From the NCBI GenBank assembly GCA_007280375.1, contig QYQG01000021.1, positions 1 through 45,776 on the forward strand: a stretch of DNA of 45,776 bases, in the 5' to 3' direction. The position numbers were made by a program, and so were the translations under genes. Shown here in pieces: positions 1 through 8,852 of the stretch. Every line of letters begins with the position of its first letter. The stretch's first letter is position 1. This DNA comes from Betaproteobacteria bacterium. Lineage in GTDB: Bacteria > Pseudomonadota > Gammaproteobacteria > Burkholderiales > Thiobacillaceae. The notes beneath the pieces are model-generated. The model had not been told where the DNA came from. It made no database searches and saw nothing but the letters and a program-made list of their open reading frames with translations.

Positions 1-168
1 ACCGGTTTCACCGCGCACCAGCACCGTCACATAACCGCCACCGACAAACTGGCGACCAATCAAACGCACTTCTGCTGCCTTGGTCATTGCGTCCGCCGCT
101 TCGATAGCGGGAACCAGACCACGCGTTTCAATCATGCCCAAAGCAATACCTGTCATTCCACTCGCCAT
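1..168 (-). CDS. csoS1: Carboxysome shell protein CsoS1 (BMC-H hexamer). First 56 codons only; the C-terminus runs off the window edge.
   Basis: ATG at 168 is preceded by AAGGAG (plus-strand ctcctt, 176-181). Hand translation [56 protein letters not shown] is a canonical BMC-domain N-terminus. It follows csoS4B, as in alpha-carboxysome operons. Confidence 0.9.
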   Translation of the reverse strand, partial: MASGMTGIALGMIETRGLVPAIEAADAMTKAAEVRLIGRQFVGGGYVTVLVRGETG

Positions 169-225
169 GATACTTCTCCTTAAAAAACAGTTAATGAAAC
201 TTTACTTGCCACCTTTGCGGAGCGT

Positions 226-474
226 TTACTCCGCTTTCCACTGATCGATGATCCCGCAGATCGTCAGATCGGTTAAAACCTTGTAATCGCCAGCGGCATA
301 TCGAGCCGCCGAGCCACCGACGGTGAAAACCCATTTCCCCGGCGGTATGCCGACCGGGTCAACCGCCACCGACAGCTTGCCTTTTTCGTCTGCCAGCACG
401 CGTAGTGATGCGCAGGTCAGGCCGTTAATTCGGCGTGTCGCCACCAGATCGGACACCACACGCATGATTTCCAT
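226..474 (-). CDS. csoS4B: Carboxysome vertex protein CsoS4B (BMC-P / EutN-CcmL pentamer)
   Basis: The ORF track gives 226..522. I place the start at ATG 474 (MEIMRVVSDLVATRRINGL...), 1 nt after the csoS4A stop. The protein is a EutN/CcmL-like ~82-aa sequence. Confidence 0.88.
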   Translation of the reverse strand: MEIMRVVSDLVATRRINGLTCASLRVLADEKGKLSVAVDPVGIPPGKWVFTVGGSAARYAAGDYKVLTDLTICGIIDQWKAE

Positions 475-475
475 G

Positions 476-727
476 TCAGGACTCCTGCCAGTGATCGATG
501 ATCCCGATGATGGTGAGATCACTCGGAAAATCCTTGCTACCTGCTGCCTCGCGGGCGGCGGAACTGCCGACGCAAATCACCCAGTCGCCTGGGATGCAGC
601 CGACCGCATCCACCGCGACACTTGGGATGCCGCCACTTTTTTCCTTGACCACCAGCAAAGGGCGATGCCCCATTTCCTGTATCCGGTTGGTCGAAACCAG
701 CGTCTTTTCCACTTGCATGATCTTCAT
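476..727 (-). CDS. csoS4A: Carboxysome vertex protein CsoS4A (BMC-P pentamer)
   Basis: The 83-aa product MKIMQVEKTLVSTNRIQEMGHRPLLVV... is EutN/CcmL-like. GAGGTG lies upstream of ATG 727. The gene sits directly after csoSCA. Confidence 0.9.
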   Translation of the reverse strand: MKIMQVEKTLVSTNRIQEMGHRPLLVVKEKSGGIPSVAVDAVGCIPGDWVICVGSSAAREAAGSKDFPSDLTIIGIIDHWQES

Positions 728-736
728 CGTTTCACC

Positions 737-2293
737 TCAATGCCCATGTGCGTTTATGTCGTTGTCTGCCACTGTTTCCAGGTCGCTGCCCGGCTGTTTG
801 GCCTGCGCGCTCATGCCAAAAACCAGCCAGCCATCCCGCATCAAATCCGGATAACGCGCCTCGATCGCGGCCTTGACGCGGCGGCAGCGTGCCACCGTGC
901 GTTCCCTCGATCCCGGCACCTGACTGTCGTAGCGGTAGTGAATCGCGACCGGAATCGGCAAACCGCGCGCCACGTTCAAGCGGCTAAAAATATTGATGCC
1001 CACATCCATGTCCGCCGCGCCTTCTTCAACCGTATACATGTGGCCAAAATAGGCCAGATTGCGCAGGTGAACTTCTTCAAAACCATCGCCAATGCTGATG
1101 AAGCGTTCGGCATGGCCGATGTCTGCGTAGCGCCCCTGGTGGTGCGTGCAGACGTAGTCGATCTGCGCCAGGTTGTTTGCCAGCAAACGCTCGATCAGTC
1201 GGCGCATGCCCGTCTCTGGCGCGCTGCGTCCATACCGCCGTGCCGTCTCATCGACGACCGACCCCAACTGTCTCAGCGCCTCCGGCGCGGCGCACTCAGC
1301 CGTCGCCTGATACAATGTTATGTTGTCGATCACACACTCCAGGCTCATGCCGCCCTGCGCATCCGGAACATGCACGCGGATGGCGTCGTTGTCCGTGTCC
1401 AGCCCGATCAGCAGGGTGGCGATGGAGGCGCCGCAGCAAAAACCGTTTTCAATCGCGGTGCCAAAAGCCACCAGCCGATCGAGCGCTGCCTGCGCGGCGC
1501 GGTGATCGTCGCTGCCGTGCGCCGCGCAGCCTTCGTGGGTCGGATCCGAGCTGCTGAAGTGGTACACCGCAATCTTGAGATAGCGTGTCCCTGACTCCGG
1601 CAAGGTCGGCACCCCTTCGCGAAAACGCCGCAATTCGGTCTCAGTCCACTGCTTCACGTTCTGCTCGATATCGAACAGGGTGCCGGCGTAAGACTTGTGC
1701 CGCCGAACCGCCTGTTGCGGCAGACGCAGGATGTACTGCAACAAGCCCTTGAGACGGCCATCGGCACAGGCACTTACGTCCACTTCGTGGAAACCGCATT
1801 CGATGAAGAACCGCGTCATCGCCGCTGCTTCCGCGTTGCCATCCTGTTGCGCGCCAGCTTCCCGTGCCAGATCGAGAAAGGTATGCAATACGCTGGCGCC
1901 ATAAAGCTTGCGCATGTCGAGCGCGCTCACCCAGGCATCCGCCAGCACGGTTTCATCGAGCGCAAAACCCAGACGCTCGCGCGCAATCTGCTGCGCCTGC
2001 GTCTCGAAATCGGCTTCATGCTGCCGCGCCGAAATCCGCTTGAGCGTCGGCACGATGTCATCGAAACGCGCCAGCACCCGGCGTTCGTAGTCCGCCATGC
2101 GCGTGTTTTGCCTTTGGTCGGCCAGCGGGTGCGCACGCGCCGCACACAAGGCGCTTACACACTCGCCGTTGCTGTCGGGCACCATGCCGGGCACGCAGAA
2201 GCTCACGCGTTGCGGCCAGCTCGGCATCGCCATCCCCACCGGGGCGACGGGGCTGACCTTGCGCACGAGCTTCTGGCGATTACGGGTATCCAT
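737..2293 (-). CDS. csoSCA: Carboxysomal carbonic anhydrase CsoSCA (CsoS3, epsilon / divergent beta class)
   Basis: 518 aa with N-terminus MDTRNRQK... like H. neapolitanus CsoSCA. It carries the active-site motifs SACADGRLKG (CxDxR) and YHFSSSDPTHEGCAAHG (His...Cys Zn ligands), plus GLDTDNDAIRVH. Position between csoS2 and csoS4A is canonical. Confidence 0.95.
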   Translation of the reverse strand: MDTRNRQKLVRKVSPVAPVGMAMPSWPQRVSFCVPGMVPDSNGECVSALCAARAHPLADQRQNTRMADYERRVLARFDDIVPTLKRISARQHEADFETQAQQIARERLGFALDETVLADAWVSALDMRKLYGASVLHTFLDLAREAGAQQDGNAEAAAMTRFFIECGFHEVDVSACADGRLKGLLQYILRLPQQAVRRHKSYAGTLFDIEQNVKQWTETELRRFREGVPTLPESGTRYLKIAVYHFSSSDPTHEGCAAHGSDDHRAAQAALDRLVAFGTAIENGFCCGASIATLLIGLDTDNDAIRVHVPDAQGGMSLECVIDNITLYQATAECAAPEALRQLGSVVDETARRYGRSAPETGMRRLIERLLANNLAQIDYVCTHHQGRYADIGHAERFISIGDGFEEVHLRNLAYFGHMYTVEEGAADMDVGINIFSRLNVARGLPIPVAIHYRYDSQVPGSRERTVARCRRVKAAIEARYPDLMRDGWLVFGMSAQAKQPGSDLETVADNDINAHGH

Positions 2294-2320
2294 TGTCGTC
2301 GTTCCGTCGCTATGTGCGGC

Positions 2321-4330
2321 TTAGCCGCGTGCGCCGCCAGACAGCGTCACCGCTGAGCCAGCCGTGCTGTTGCCGCTGCTGCCGGTGACTCGGCCGGGCG
2401 CCAGCGCCGGATGCTCCATTTCACGATTGACCCTGGCATTCATGACGCTACCGCGCGACTCACCGCGCTGAGTTGGGTTACGACTCGTCGCGGAACGTCC
2501 TTCGGTACCCGTCACGCGACCGCTACGATCCCATGCATCCCCTGTGACGCTGCGCTCGCGGCCTTCACCCGTAATGCGATCCGGCGCGGGTTCGGTTGCA
2601 ACCACAGCAGCGGCCACAGCGACTGCGGGTTCGCCGCCATCGCGATAACGGAATTCAGGCGTACCCGATACCAGACCGGCAGCGCGTGCCAGCGAACCGG
2701 TGATGCGACCCGTGCCACCAAAGGCGCTACCGGTGATGCGCCGGGTTTCACTGTCCTGAGCCGAGCGTGCCGGAGAAATCACAGAGAAATCACCCGGCTG
2801 ACGGCTGCCTGACGCATCCATCGCATTGCCAGAAACGCCGGGGCTTTGCGTCATACCCTCCGGGCCACGCGCGCGGTAATGCGTTGCCATAGCCGGGCGA
2901 CCGCAAGCGGTAGCCTGCTGAACCTCACCCATATAGGGTGAACCGCTCACGGTCTGACACTCGCCCCGTGTATTGCCGGTCAACTTGGCATCCGGTCCTG
3001 GCTGGATGCCGGTCAACTCGGCGTTACGACCCAGACGCTCACGATTGGCCGCTTCAGCGACCACTCGGGTGGCACAAAAATCAGCGTACTGATCGGCACC
3101 GATATAAGCCGTTCCCGTCACCGGCTTGCAGGCGCCATATTCGTCACCCGTCACGCTGGACGAGCGCCCAACCTGCGTACCCGAGACTTCTTGCCCCTTT
3201 ACGGTGCGCGACACGCCGACCTTGGCTGGTGACTGGTAAGGCTCTGCACGGCAAAACGAAGCAAACTCCTCGGCGCTCAGGTAATCAGAACCCGTCACAC
3301 GCTTGCAAGCACCTTGCTCAGCGCCGGAGATTTTCGATGAGCGCCCCAGTTGGGTGCCGCTCACCGCTCCGCCAACGCTCGTGTGACTGGTTTCCACCTT
3401 TTTTGGCGCATTTCCCGACTTACTGCGAAAGGGGCTGGCGTTGGTATACGCACTGCCTGTGATGGCGCGATTTGCACCGTGCTCGCCGCCCGTCACAGCG
3501 TTCTCGCGAGCGAGATCGCTGCCGCTAATCGCGTTTTTCATGGCCGTCATACCGAAGCCGGCCTTTTCCGGACGCGGCTCGGGCGAGGTGCCGCAGAATG
3601 TACCGGCCTGTTCGGCGGCGATATATTCGGTACCGGTCACGCGCTTGCAGGTGCCGGTCTCGTCGCCGGTCACTTTTTCGCTGCGCCCCACTTCGGTGCC
3701 GGTTACGCGACCGCCCCGGCTGGTGCTGCTGGCCCCTACCTTGGCAGGGGACGGTGCAGGCACCGACTTGCAAAACCGGCTAAATTGTTCGGTGCCAATG
3801 TATTCGGTGCCGGTTATCGCACGGCAGCTACCGGATTCATTGCCCGTCACGCTGGCAGTGCGTTCGATCTGGTTGCCGCTCACCGGCGTACCGGCCAGCG
3901 TCGTGCCGAATTCGACCTTGGGCGGCTCTGGCTGCATCCGCCCGCAGGGACGGCAAGCCGGCGCATCGCCACGGCCTCGCAAAGACTGGTCGATGCGGCG
4001 TTGCTGGGCGGCCGAGATGGGATCCAGAGTCAACGTCGATTTCGCATATTCAACGGTGGCAGAGGAAGACTCGCTGCGTTTGCAACCGCACTCGGAGGGC
4101 GTCGCACTGGCCACAGCCACAGCTGTAGTCGGAGCCGGCACAGAAACCGAGCTAGGCGAAGCATTTCCTTTTTGCGCCGCAAGCCGTGCTTGGGTGGCAC
4201 TGCTGCTTGCCGGGGCTTTACCACCGGTCAAACCCGCTTTTCCATGTAAGGAAAGTGCCCGACGGCGAGCCATCGCCGCCTCGCTGCCGGTCATACGTTC
4301 TGTTTGGGTGTCTGGTGTCGCTTGGCTCAT
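2321..4330 (-). CDS. csoS2: Carboxysome scaffold protein CsoS2 (intrinsically disordered, repeat-containing)
   Basis: 669 aa, Gly/Ser/Thr/Arg-rich. Two N-peptide-like motifs are present (GSEAAMARRRALSLHGKAG and PISAAQQRRIDQSLRGRG). Six middle repeats have (V/I)(T/S)G triplets and paired Cys. C-terminal RITG/VTG repeats follow. AAGGAA lies upstream of ATG 4330. Confidence 0.95.
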   Translation of the reverse strand: MSQATPDTQTERMTGSEAAMARRRALSLHGKAGLTGGKAPASSSATQARLAAQKGNASPSSVSVPAPTTAVAVASATPSECGCKRSESSSATVEYAKSTLTLDPISAAQQRRIDQSLRGRGDAPACRPCGRMQPEPPKVEFGTTLAGTPVSGNQIERTASVTGNESGSCRAITGTEYIGTEQFSRFCKSVPAPSPAKVGASSTSRGGRVTGTEVGRSEKVTGDETGTCKRVTGTEYIAAEQAGTFCGTSPEPRPEKAGFGMTAMKNAISGSDLARENAVTGGEHGANRAITGSAYTNASPFRSKSGNAPKKVETSHTSVGGAVSGTQLGRSSKISGAEQGACKRVTGSDYLSAEEFASFCRAEPYQSPAKVGVSRTVKGQEVSGTQVGRSSSVTGDEYGACKPVTGTAYIGADQYADFCATRVVAEAANRERLGRNAELTGIQPGPDAKLTGNTRGECQTVSGSPYMGEVQQATACGRPAMATHYRARGPEGMTQSPGVSGNAMDASGSRQPGDFSVISPARSAQDSETRRITGSAFGGTGRITGSLARAAGLVSGTPEFRYRDGGEPAVAVAAAVVATEPAPDRITGEGRERSVTGDAWDRSGRVTGTEGRSATSRNPTQRGESRGSVMNARVNREMEHPALAPGRVTGSSGNSTAGSAVTLSGGARG
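2900..3889 (-). repeat. In-frame tandem M-repeats of CsoS2: six ~55-aa units, each with three (V/I)(T/S)G motifs. Five of the six carry a Cys pair.
   Basis: Residues ~148-477 of the CsoS2 translation. Units begin TPVSGNQ, RVTGTEV, AISGSDL (Cys-less, degenerate), AVSGTQL, EVSGTQV and AELTGIQ. Confidence 0.85.
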
Positions 4331-4429
4331 GGATGTTTTCCTTATGCTTCAACGGTTCGTTGTTGGGTCGGGGTGCAGGGTATTTACATCTTCTGCACTT
4401 AGGATGAAATATACGGGTCTTGGCGCATG

Positions 4430-4476
4430 AATAAAAACGAATAGTTTTTATTGTTACCATTTACTTTGGTAAATGG
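4430..4476 (-). promoter_or_regulatory. Two adjacent perfect AT-rich hairpins in the sbtB-csoS2 spacer. They could be an attenuator/terminator or an operator.
   Basis: aataaaaac(4430-4438)/gtttttatt(4444-4452) forms a 9-bp stem with a 5-nt loop. ccatttac(4457-4464)/gtaaatgg(4469-4476) forms an 8-bp stem with a 4-nt loop. They sit in an AT-rich island within a GC-rich locus, 15-60 nt downstream of the PII-like stop. Confidence 0.4.
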
Positions 4477-4490
4477 GTTGACGCGGCTCA

Positions 4491-4799
4491 CTAGTCAAAT
4501 TTCTCGCGCCGTAGTACCTGCGTATCGGACACAAAGGTCGCTAGGTGGTGGCCACGCTTCATCAGCTTTTCAACATCGGCCAACACCTGGTCCAGCTTGG
4601 ACTCCGGCACGAGCAGTAGGAACAAAATGTTGCTTTCGCCATCCAGCGCGCCGGTTTGCAAGCCCGCGCTGCCCGCGCCGCGCGCGTCCAGCACGGTATA
4701 GCCGGAGGCCTCGTGCGCCTCGGCGATATCAACCAGCCGCTCCTCCAGCGTGATGTTGGCGACGATGTTGATGAGTTTCATCGGATAAAGGGGCGGCAT
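4491..4799 (-). CDS. sbtB: PII-like signal-transduction protein, SbtB-like partner of the upstream permease
   Basis: 102 aa. KLINIVANITLEERLVDIAEAHEASGYTVLDARGAGSAG resembles the PII/SbtB fold sequence (KLVIV...GAKGYTV..GGKGS). AGAGAGGAA SD lies before ATG 4799, 27 nt after the sbtA-like stop. Confidence 0.8.
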   Translation of the reverse strand: MPPLYPMKLINIVANITLEERLVDIAEAHEASGYTVLDARGAGSAGLQTGALDGESNILFLLLVPESKLDQVLADVEKLMKRGHHLATFVSDTQVLRREKFD

Positions 4800-4826
4800 G
4801 GAATTCCTCTCTTGAAATCAGCGTGT

Positions 4827-5807
4827 TTAGGCACCCGTCAGGCGGGCGGCAAGATAGTGATAAAGCGGGATGCCGACGATGACATTGAACGGAAACGTCA
4901 CCCCGAGCGACAGCGTTAAATAATAGGACGGGTTGGCTTCCGGAATGGCCAGCCGCATGGCGGGCGGCACTGCGATATACGACGCCGACGCACCCAGCAC
5001 CGCCACCAGCAACACACCGCCTTCGCCAAATCCCAGCCAATAGTGGCCGACCAGCAAACCCGCCGCGCCGCCGATCAGGGGCATCAGAATGCCGAACACC
5101 ACCAAAAACCCGCCGACGCGCTTGAACTCGCCAATGCGCTTGCTGGCTTCCATACCCATTTCCAGCAAAAACAGCGACAGTGCGCCCATGAACAGCGTGC
5201 CGAAAAACGGCGTAATAGTGTCAAGCGACGACGGCTTGACCGCTAGGCCAACCACCATCGCGCCGAACAACAGCATCACGCTGCCGTTGGTAAACGCGTC
5301 GCGCAGCAGTTCGCCCATGTGATTTTCGCGGGCATTTTCTGCGTCGTGCGCTTGACTGCCACGCGAGAATCGCGCCAGTAACAGGCCGATAATAATCGCG
5401 GGCGATTCCATGATTGCCAGCATGATGAGCGGATAGGTTTCGTACTCGATCTGCTGCGCGCTGAGGTAGGCGATTGCGGTCAGGAACGTACCCGCGCTGA
5501 CCGAGCCGTAATGCGCGGCAATGGCCGAGGCGTTGAGCTTGTCGATGCGCCCAGCCAGCAAAATAACATAGGCCACAATCGGCAGCCCAAGACCCAGCAC
5601 CAGCGCGGCGGCCACCGCTTGCGTCGCTTCGCCCAGATCGGCGTGCGCCAGCTCGATCCCGCCTTTAAGGCCGATGCCAATTAATAGATAAATCGACAGC
5701 GCCTTGGCCAGATCAGGCGGAAACTTAAGGTCGGACTTGACCGCCTGCGCCAGAAAGCCCAGGGCAAAAAACAGCACCGCCGGAATCAGCAGATTACTCA
5801 AATCCAT
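4827..5807 (-). CDS. sbtA: SbtA-like (DUF897/Sbt_1 family) putative sodium-dependent bicarbonate transporter
   Basis: 326-aa polytopic protein. The N-terminus MDLSNLLIPAVLFFALGFLAQAVKSDLKFPP and the C-terminal segment MGMEASKRIGEFKRV...ASASYIAVPPAMRLAIPEANPSYY parallel cyanobacterial SbtA (MGMEAWSRIGELRKV...SSSDISGPPTLRAGIPSANPSAY). Confidence 0.85.
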   Translation of the reverse strand: MDLSNLLIPAVLFFALGFLAQAVKSDLKFPPDLAKALSIYLLIGIGLKGGIELAHADLGEATQAVAAALVLGLGLPIVAYVILLAGRIDKLNASAIAAHYGSVSAGTFLTAIAYLSAQQIEYETYPLIMLAIMESPAIIIGLLLARFSRGSQAHDAENARENHMGELLRDAFTNGSVMLLFGAMVVGLAVKPSSLDTITPFFGTLFMGALSLFLLEMGMEASKRIGEFKRVGGFLVVFGILMPLIGGAAGLLVGHYWLGFGEGGVLLVAVLGASASYIAVPPAMRLAIPEANPSYYLTLSLGVTFPFNVIVGIPLYHYLAARLTGA

Positions 5808-6114
5808 TTGCGCGCCCCTTCATGGCAGGGCAAAAGCGCCCACAAGATTAGCAAACCGGGCATCTCAGCCTGCGGCGCTGTTGATGCCAACCTGTAACAT
5901 ACTGAAACTCAAGTCCAGCCACGCCCTATCTCCTGAATTAGAAAAACCGCAAGCGCGTGATAAAATCAAAGAGCTGCACCCGAATGCGACAACCCACCCC
6001 GAGCCGGCTCCGCACGCTGTCGAACCCGATGGAGCCGACGGCAGGACTGTAAACAGGTCTGGCATTGAAAAAAAGTTAATTGTTTAGATGGAATCCATAT
6101 ACAGGAGTAAATGA

Positions 6115-7095
6115 TTGAAATTACGTAACGTCACCTTGAACCAGATGCGCATCTTCCACAGCCTCGGCCGGAACTTGAGCTTCACCCGTGCCGCAGAAGA
6201 GCTGTTTCTGTCCCAGTCGGCGGTATCGATTCAGGTCAAGCGCCTGGGGGAAAGCGTGGGCATGCCCCTGGTTGAACAAGTGGGCAAGCGCATTTTTCTA
6301 ACCGAAGCCGGCAAGGAGTTGTTCGAGGCCTGCCGTGATGTACTTGATCGCTTGCGGGTGCTGGATGAGGACATGACAGGGCTCGAAGAAGGGGTGAGGG
6401 GGCCGCTCAACCTCGCGGTCATCACCACCGCGAAATACTTCATGCCCCACTTGCTCGGTGTCTTTCTGCGCGAGCACCCGGCAGTTGAACCCCGCCTGAC
6501 GGTCACCAATCAGACGCGAATTTTCGAAAGGCTGGAGAGAAACATGGATGACCTGGTCATCATGGGAACCCTGCCCGAAAACCTCGACCTAGAGACGGCG
6601 CATTTTCTGGACAACCCCCTGGTCGTGGTGGCGCCACCCGATCATCCGCTGGTGGGGGTGAAAAGCATTCCGCTGGAGCGACTCGTGCAGGAGCGCTTTC
6701 TGTCACGCGAGCCGGGTTCCGGCACGCGCGCGGCGCGCACCCGCCTGTTTGCCGAGCACGGGCTGGCGATTCGGACTTACATGGAACTGGGCAGCAGCGA
6801 GGCGATCAAGCAGGCCGTCATGGCCGGGTTGGGCATCTCAGTGCTCTCCATCCACAACCTGCGTCTCGAATTGAAAACCGGCCTCATCGCCGTGCTGGAT
6901 GTGGAGCACTTTCCCTTGCATCGGCAGTGGTATGCCGTACACCTGAAGGGCAAAAAGCTGTCGGCGACGACGCGCATGTTCCTAGATTTTTTACTTAAGG
7001 ACGGTGCCCGAGTCTGTGAAGAGATCCAGCCCTATTTGACGGGCTTGTCACCGTCCCCCAAAAAGCCCGGCCCAAGAAAAAGAGACATCAGGTAA
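6115..7095 (+). CDS. LysR-family regulator, CbbR-like paralog, divergent from the sbtA-cso operon
   Basis: TTG start at 6115 lies 7 nt after AGGAG (6103-6107). The N-terminal HTH LSFTRAAEELFLSQSAVSIQVKRLGESVGMPLVEQVGKRIFLTEAGKEL closely parallels the cbbR at 26815. Confidence 0.88.
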   Translation: MKLRNVTLNQMRIFHSLGRNLSFTRAAEELFLSQSAVSIQVKRLGESVGMPLVEQVGKRIFLTEAGKELFEACRDVLDRLRVLDEDMTGLEEGVRGPLNLAVITTAKYFMPHLLGVFLREHPAVEPRLTVTNQTRIFERLERNMDDLVIMGTLPENLDLETAHFLDNPLVVVAPPDHPLVGVKSIPLERLVQERFLSREPGSGTRAARTRLFAEHGLAIRTYMELGSSEAIKQAVMAGLGISVLSIHNLRLELKTGLIAVLDVEHFPLHRQWYAVHLKGKKLSATTRMFLDFLLKDGARVCEEIQPYLTGLSPSPKKPGPRKRDIR

Positions 7096-7135
7096 ACCTG
7101 AAGGGCGCTTCTATAGCAACCGCAGGGCGATCCAG

Positions 7136-8281
7136 CTATAGCGCGTCACGCACCTGTTTCGCCAGCGCCAGGGCAGCGGCGCTGTCCATGTCCAGCACGT
7201 TGAAGTGCCCCATTTTGCGTCCCGGACGGGCGGCGGCTTTACCGTACAAATGCAGCTTAATGGCGGGGTGCGCCAGCAGCGTTTCCCAGCGTGGGCTGTG
7301 CGTTTGCCAGCGCTCACCCAAGATGTTAACCATCGCCACCGGCGACAGCAAGCGCGTGTCGCCCAGCGGCAGCCCTGCCAGCACCCGCACCTGTTGTTCA
7401 AACTGGTCGGTCACGCAAGCATCTAGGGTGTAATGCCCGGAATTGTGCGGACGCGGCGCGATTTCGTTGATCAGCAACTGGCCATTGGCGACAAAAAACT
7501 CGACCGCCATTACGCCGACATAGGCCAGTTGCTCGGCCACCTCACGCGCCATCGTGCAGGCCTGCTGCATCAGCGCATCGGCTACGCGGGCGGGAACAAT
7601 ACTGATGTCGAGGATGCCATTGACATGTTGGTTTTCGGCCAGAGGGAACAGGGCGCAGCGTCCGTCATCGGCGCGTGCCAGCACGACAGAGACTTCGCAT
7701 TCCAGTTGCACAAAGCCTTCTAGCACGCACGCCTGGCCGCCAAAGGCCTGGAACGCGGCGCGGGCTTCGGCCACGCTGCTAACCTTGGCCTGGCCTTTGC
7801 CGTCGTAGCCAAAGCGCGAGACTTTCAATAAGGCGGGGGTTCCAGTGAGCGCCAGCGCGGCGTCTAGATCGGATGCGGCACTGACTATGGCAAACGGCGC
7901 AGTGGCAAACGCGTGCTCGCGCAGCCATGTTTTTTCGTGGCTGCGATCCTGCACGATGGCCACCGCCGCTGCACCGGGCGATACCCGGCAAACCCTCGCC
8001 AGCTCGATCAGGCTGGCCGCCGGAATATTTTCGAATTCGGTCGTCACGGCAGCGCACGCCTGCCCCATGCGGCGCAGTGCCGCGTGGTCGGTGTAGTCGG
8101 CCTGCACATGCAGGTCGGCCATTTGCCCTGCCGGGCTGGCGGGGTCGGGATCGAGCACGATCACCCGATAGCCCATGGTGCGTGCCGCCATCGTGAACAT
8201 GCGCCCCAACTGACCGCCGCCCAAAATACCGAGGGTTGCGCCCGGCAAAATCGGCAACATGGGCGCGGGCTTATTCGACAT
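7136..8281 (-). CDS. purK: N5-carboxyaminoimidazole ribonucleotide synthase PurK
   Basis: 381 aa with the ATP-grasp N-terminus [13 protein letters not shown]. It overlaps the purE stop by 11 nt. Confidence 0.93.
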   Translation of the reverse strand: MSNKPAPMLPILPGATLGILGGGQLGRMFTMAARTMGYRVIVLDPDPASPAGQMADLHVQADYTDHAALRRMGQACAAVTTEFENIPAASLIELARVCRVSPGAAAVAIVQDRSHEKTWLREHAFATAPFAIVSAASDLDAALALTGTPALLKVSRFGYDGKGQAKVSSVAEARAAFQAFGGQACVLEGFVQLECEVSVVLARADDGRCALFPLAENQHVNGILDISIVPARVADALMQQACTMAREVAEQLAYVGVMAVEFFVANGQLLINEIAPRPHNSGHYTLDACVTDQFEQQVRVLAGLPLGDTRLLSPVAMVNILGERWQTHSPRWETLLAHPAIKLHLYGKAAARPGRKMGHFNVLDMDSAAALALAKQVRDAL

Positions 8282-8765
8282 CCGGCAGCCCCATCGCCAT
8301 CACCGAATCGGCCTGCGCCCGGCGGAAGTCATGCAGCCGCTGCGCTAACGCCGTGTCATAGCGTGCGATCAAAGCCGCTGCAAACAGGGCGGCGTTGGCC
8401 GCGCCCGCCTCGCCCACGGCAAAGGTCGCAACCGGAATCCCCTTGGGCATCTGCACAATCGACAGCAGCGAATCCATGCCCTTGAGATACTTCGACGGAA
8501 CCGGCACGCCCAGCACCGGCACGATGGTTTTAGCCGCCAGCATCCCCGGTAAATGCGCCGCCCCGCCCGCGCCCGCGATGATGGCCTTGAGGCCACGCGA
8601 CTCAGCGCCTGTCGCGTACTCAAACAGCAAGTCCGGCGTGCGATGCGCCGACACCACCTGCGTCTCAAACGGAATACCGAGCTGTTTTAACAGCATCGCC
8701 GCCTGCTTCATCACCTCCCAATCGCTGGAAGAACCCATTACCACGCCAACCAAGGGTGTACTCAT
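8271..8765 (-). CDS. purE: N5-CAIR mutase PurE
   Basis: The ORF track gives 8271..8834. The conserved start is [19 protein letters not shown] at ATG 8765. Confidence 0.92.
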   Translation of the reverse strand: MSTPLVGVVMGSSSDWEVMKQAAMLLKQLGIPFETQVVSAHRTPDLLFEYATGAESRGLKAIIAGAGGAAHLPGMLAAKTIVPVLGVPVPSKYLKGMDSLLSIVQMPKGIPVATFAVGEAGAANAALFAAALIARYDTALAQRLHDFRRAQADSVMAMGLPDVE

Positions 8766-8852
8766 GTTTGTGTCTCGCTGTTGTCTTGCGCAAGTCAGGA
8801 TTTTACCTGAGAGCGCGCCTCCGTTGGTTGTCATGCTCGAAAATCACCCCGA

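Noticed and set aside
323-1594. 423-aa ORF on the plus strand, opposite csoSCA. Similar long antisense ORFs lie at 3441-4430, 24979-26472 and 28143-29468.
   Set aside because: These are Arg/Ala/Gly/His-rich products typical of shadow ORFs in GC-rich DNA. Each lies antisense to a gene with unmistakable homology (csoSCA, csoS2, cbbL, cbbM).
2900-3889. Regularly spaced repeats that could be mistaken for a CRISPR-like or satellite array
   Set aside because: The repeats are in-frame, imperfect at the DNA level, and encode the known CsoS2 M-repeat units. No spacer/repeat architecture is present.
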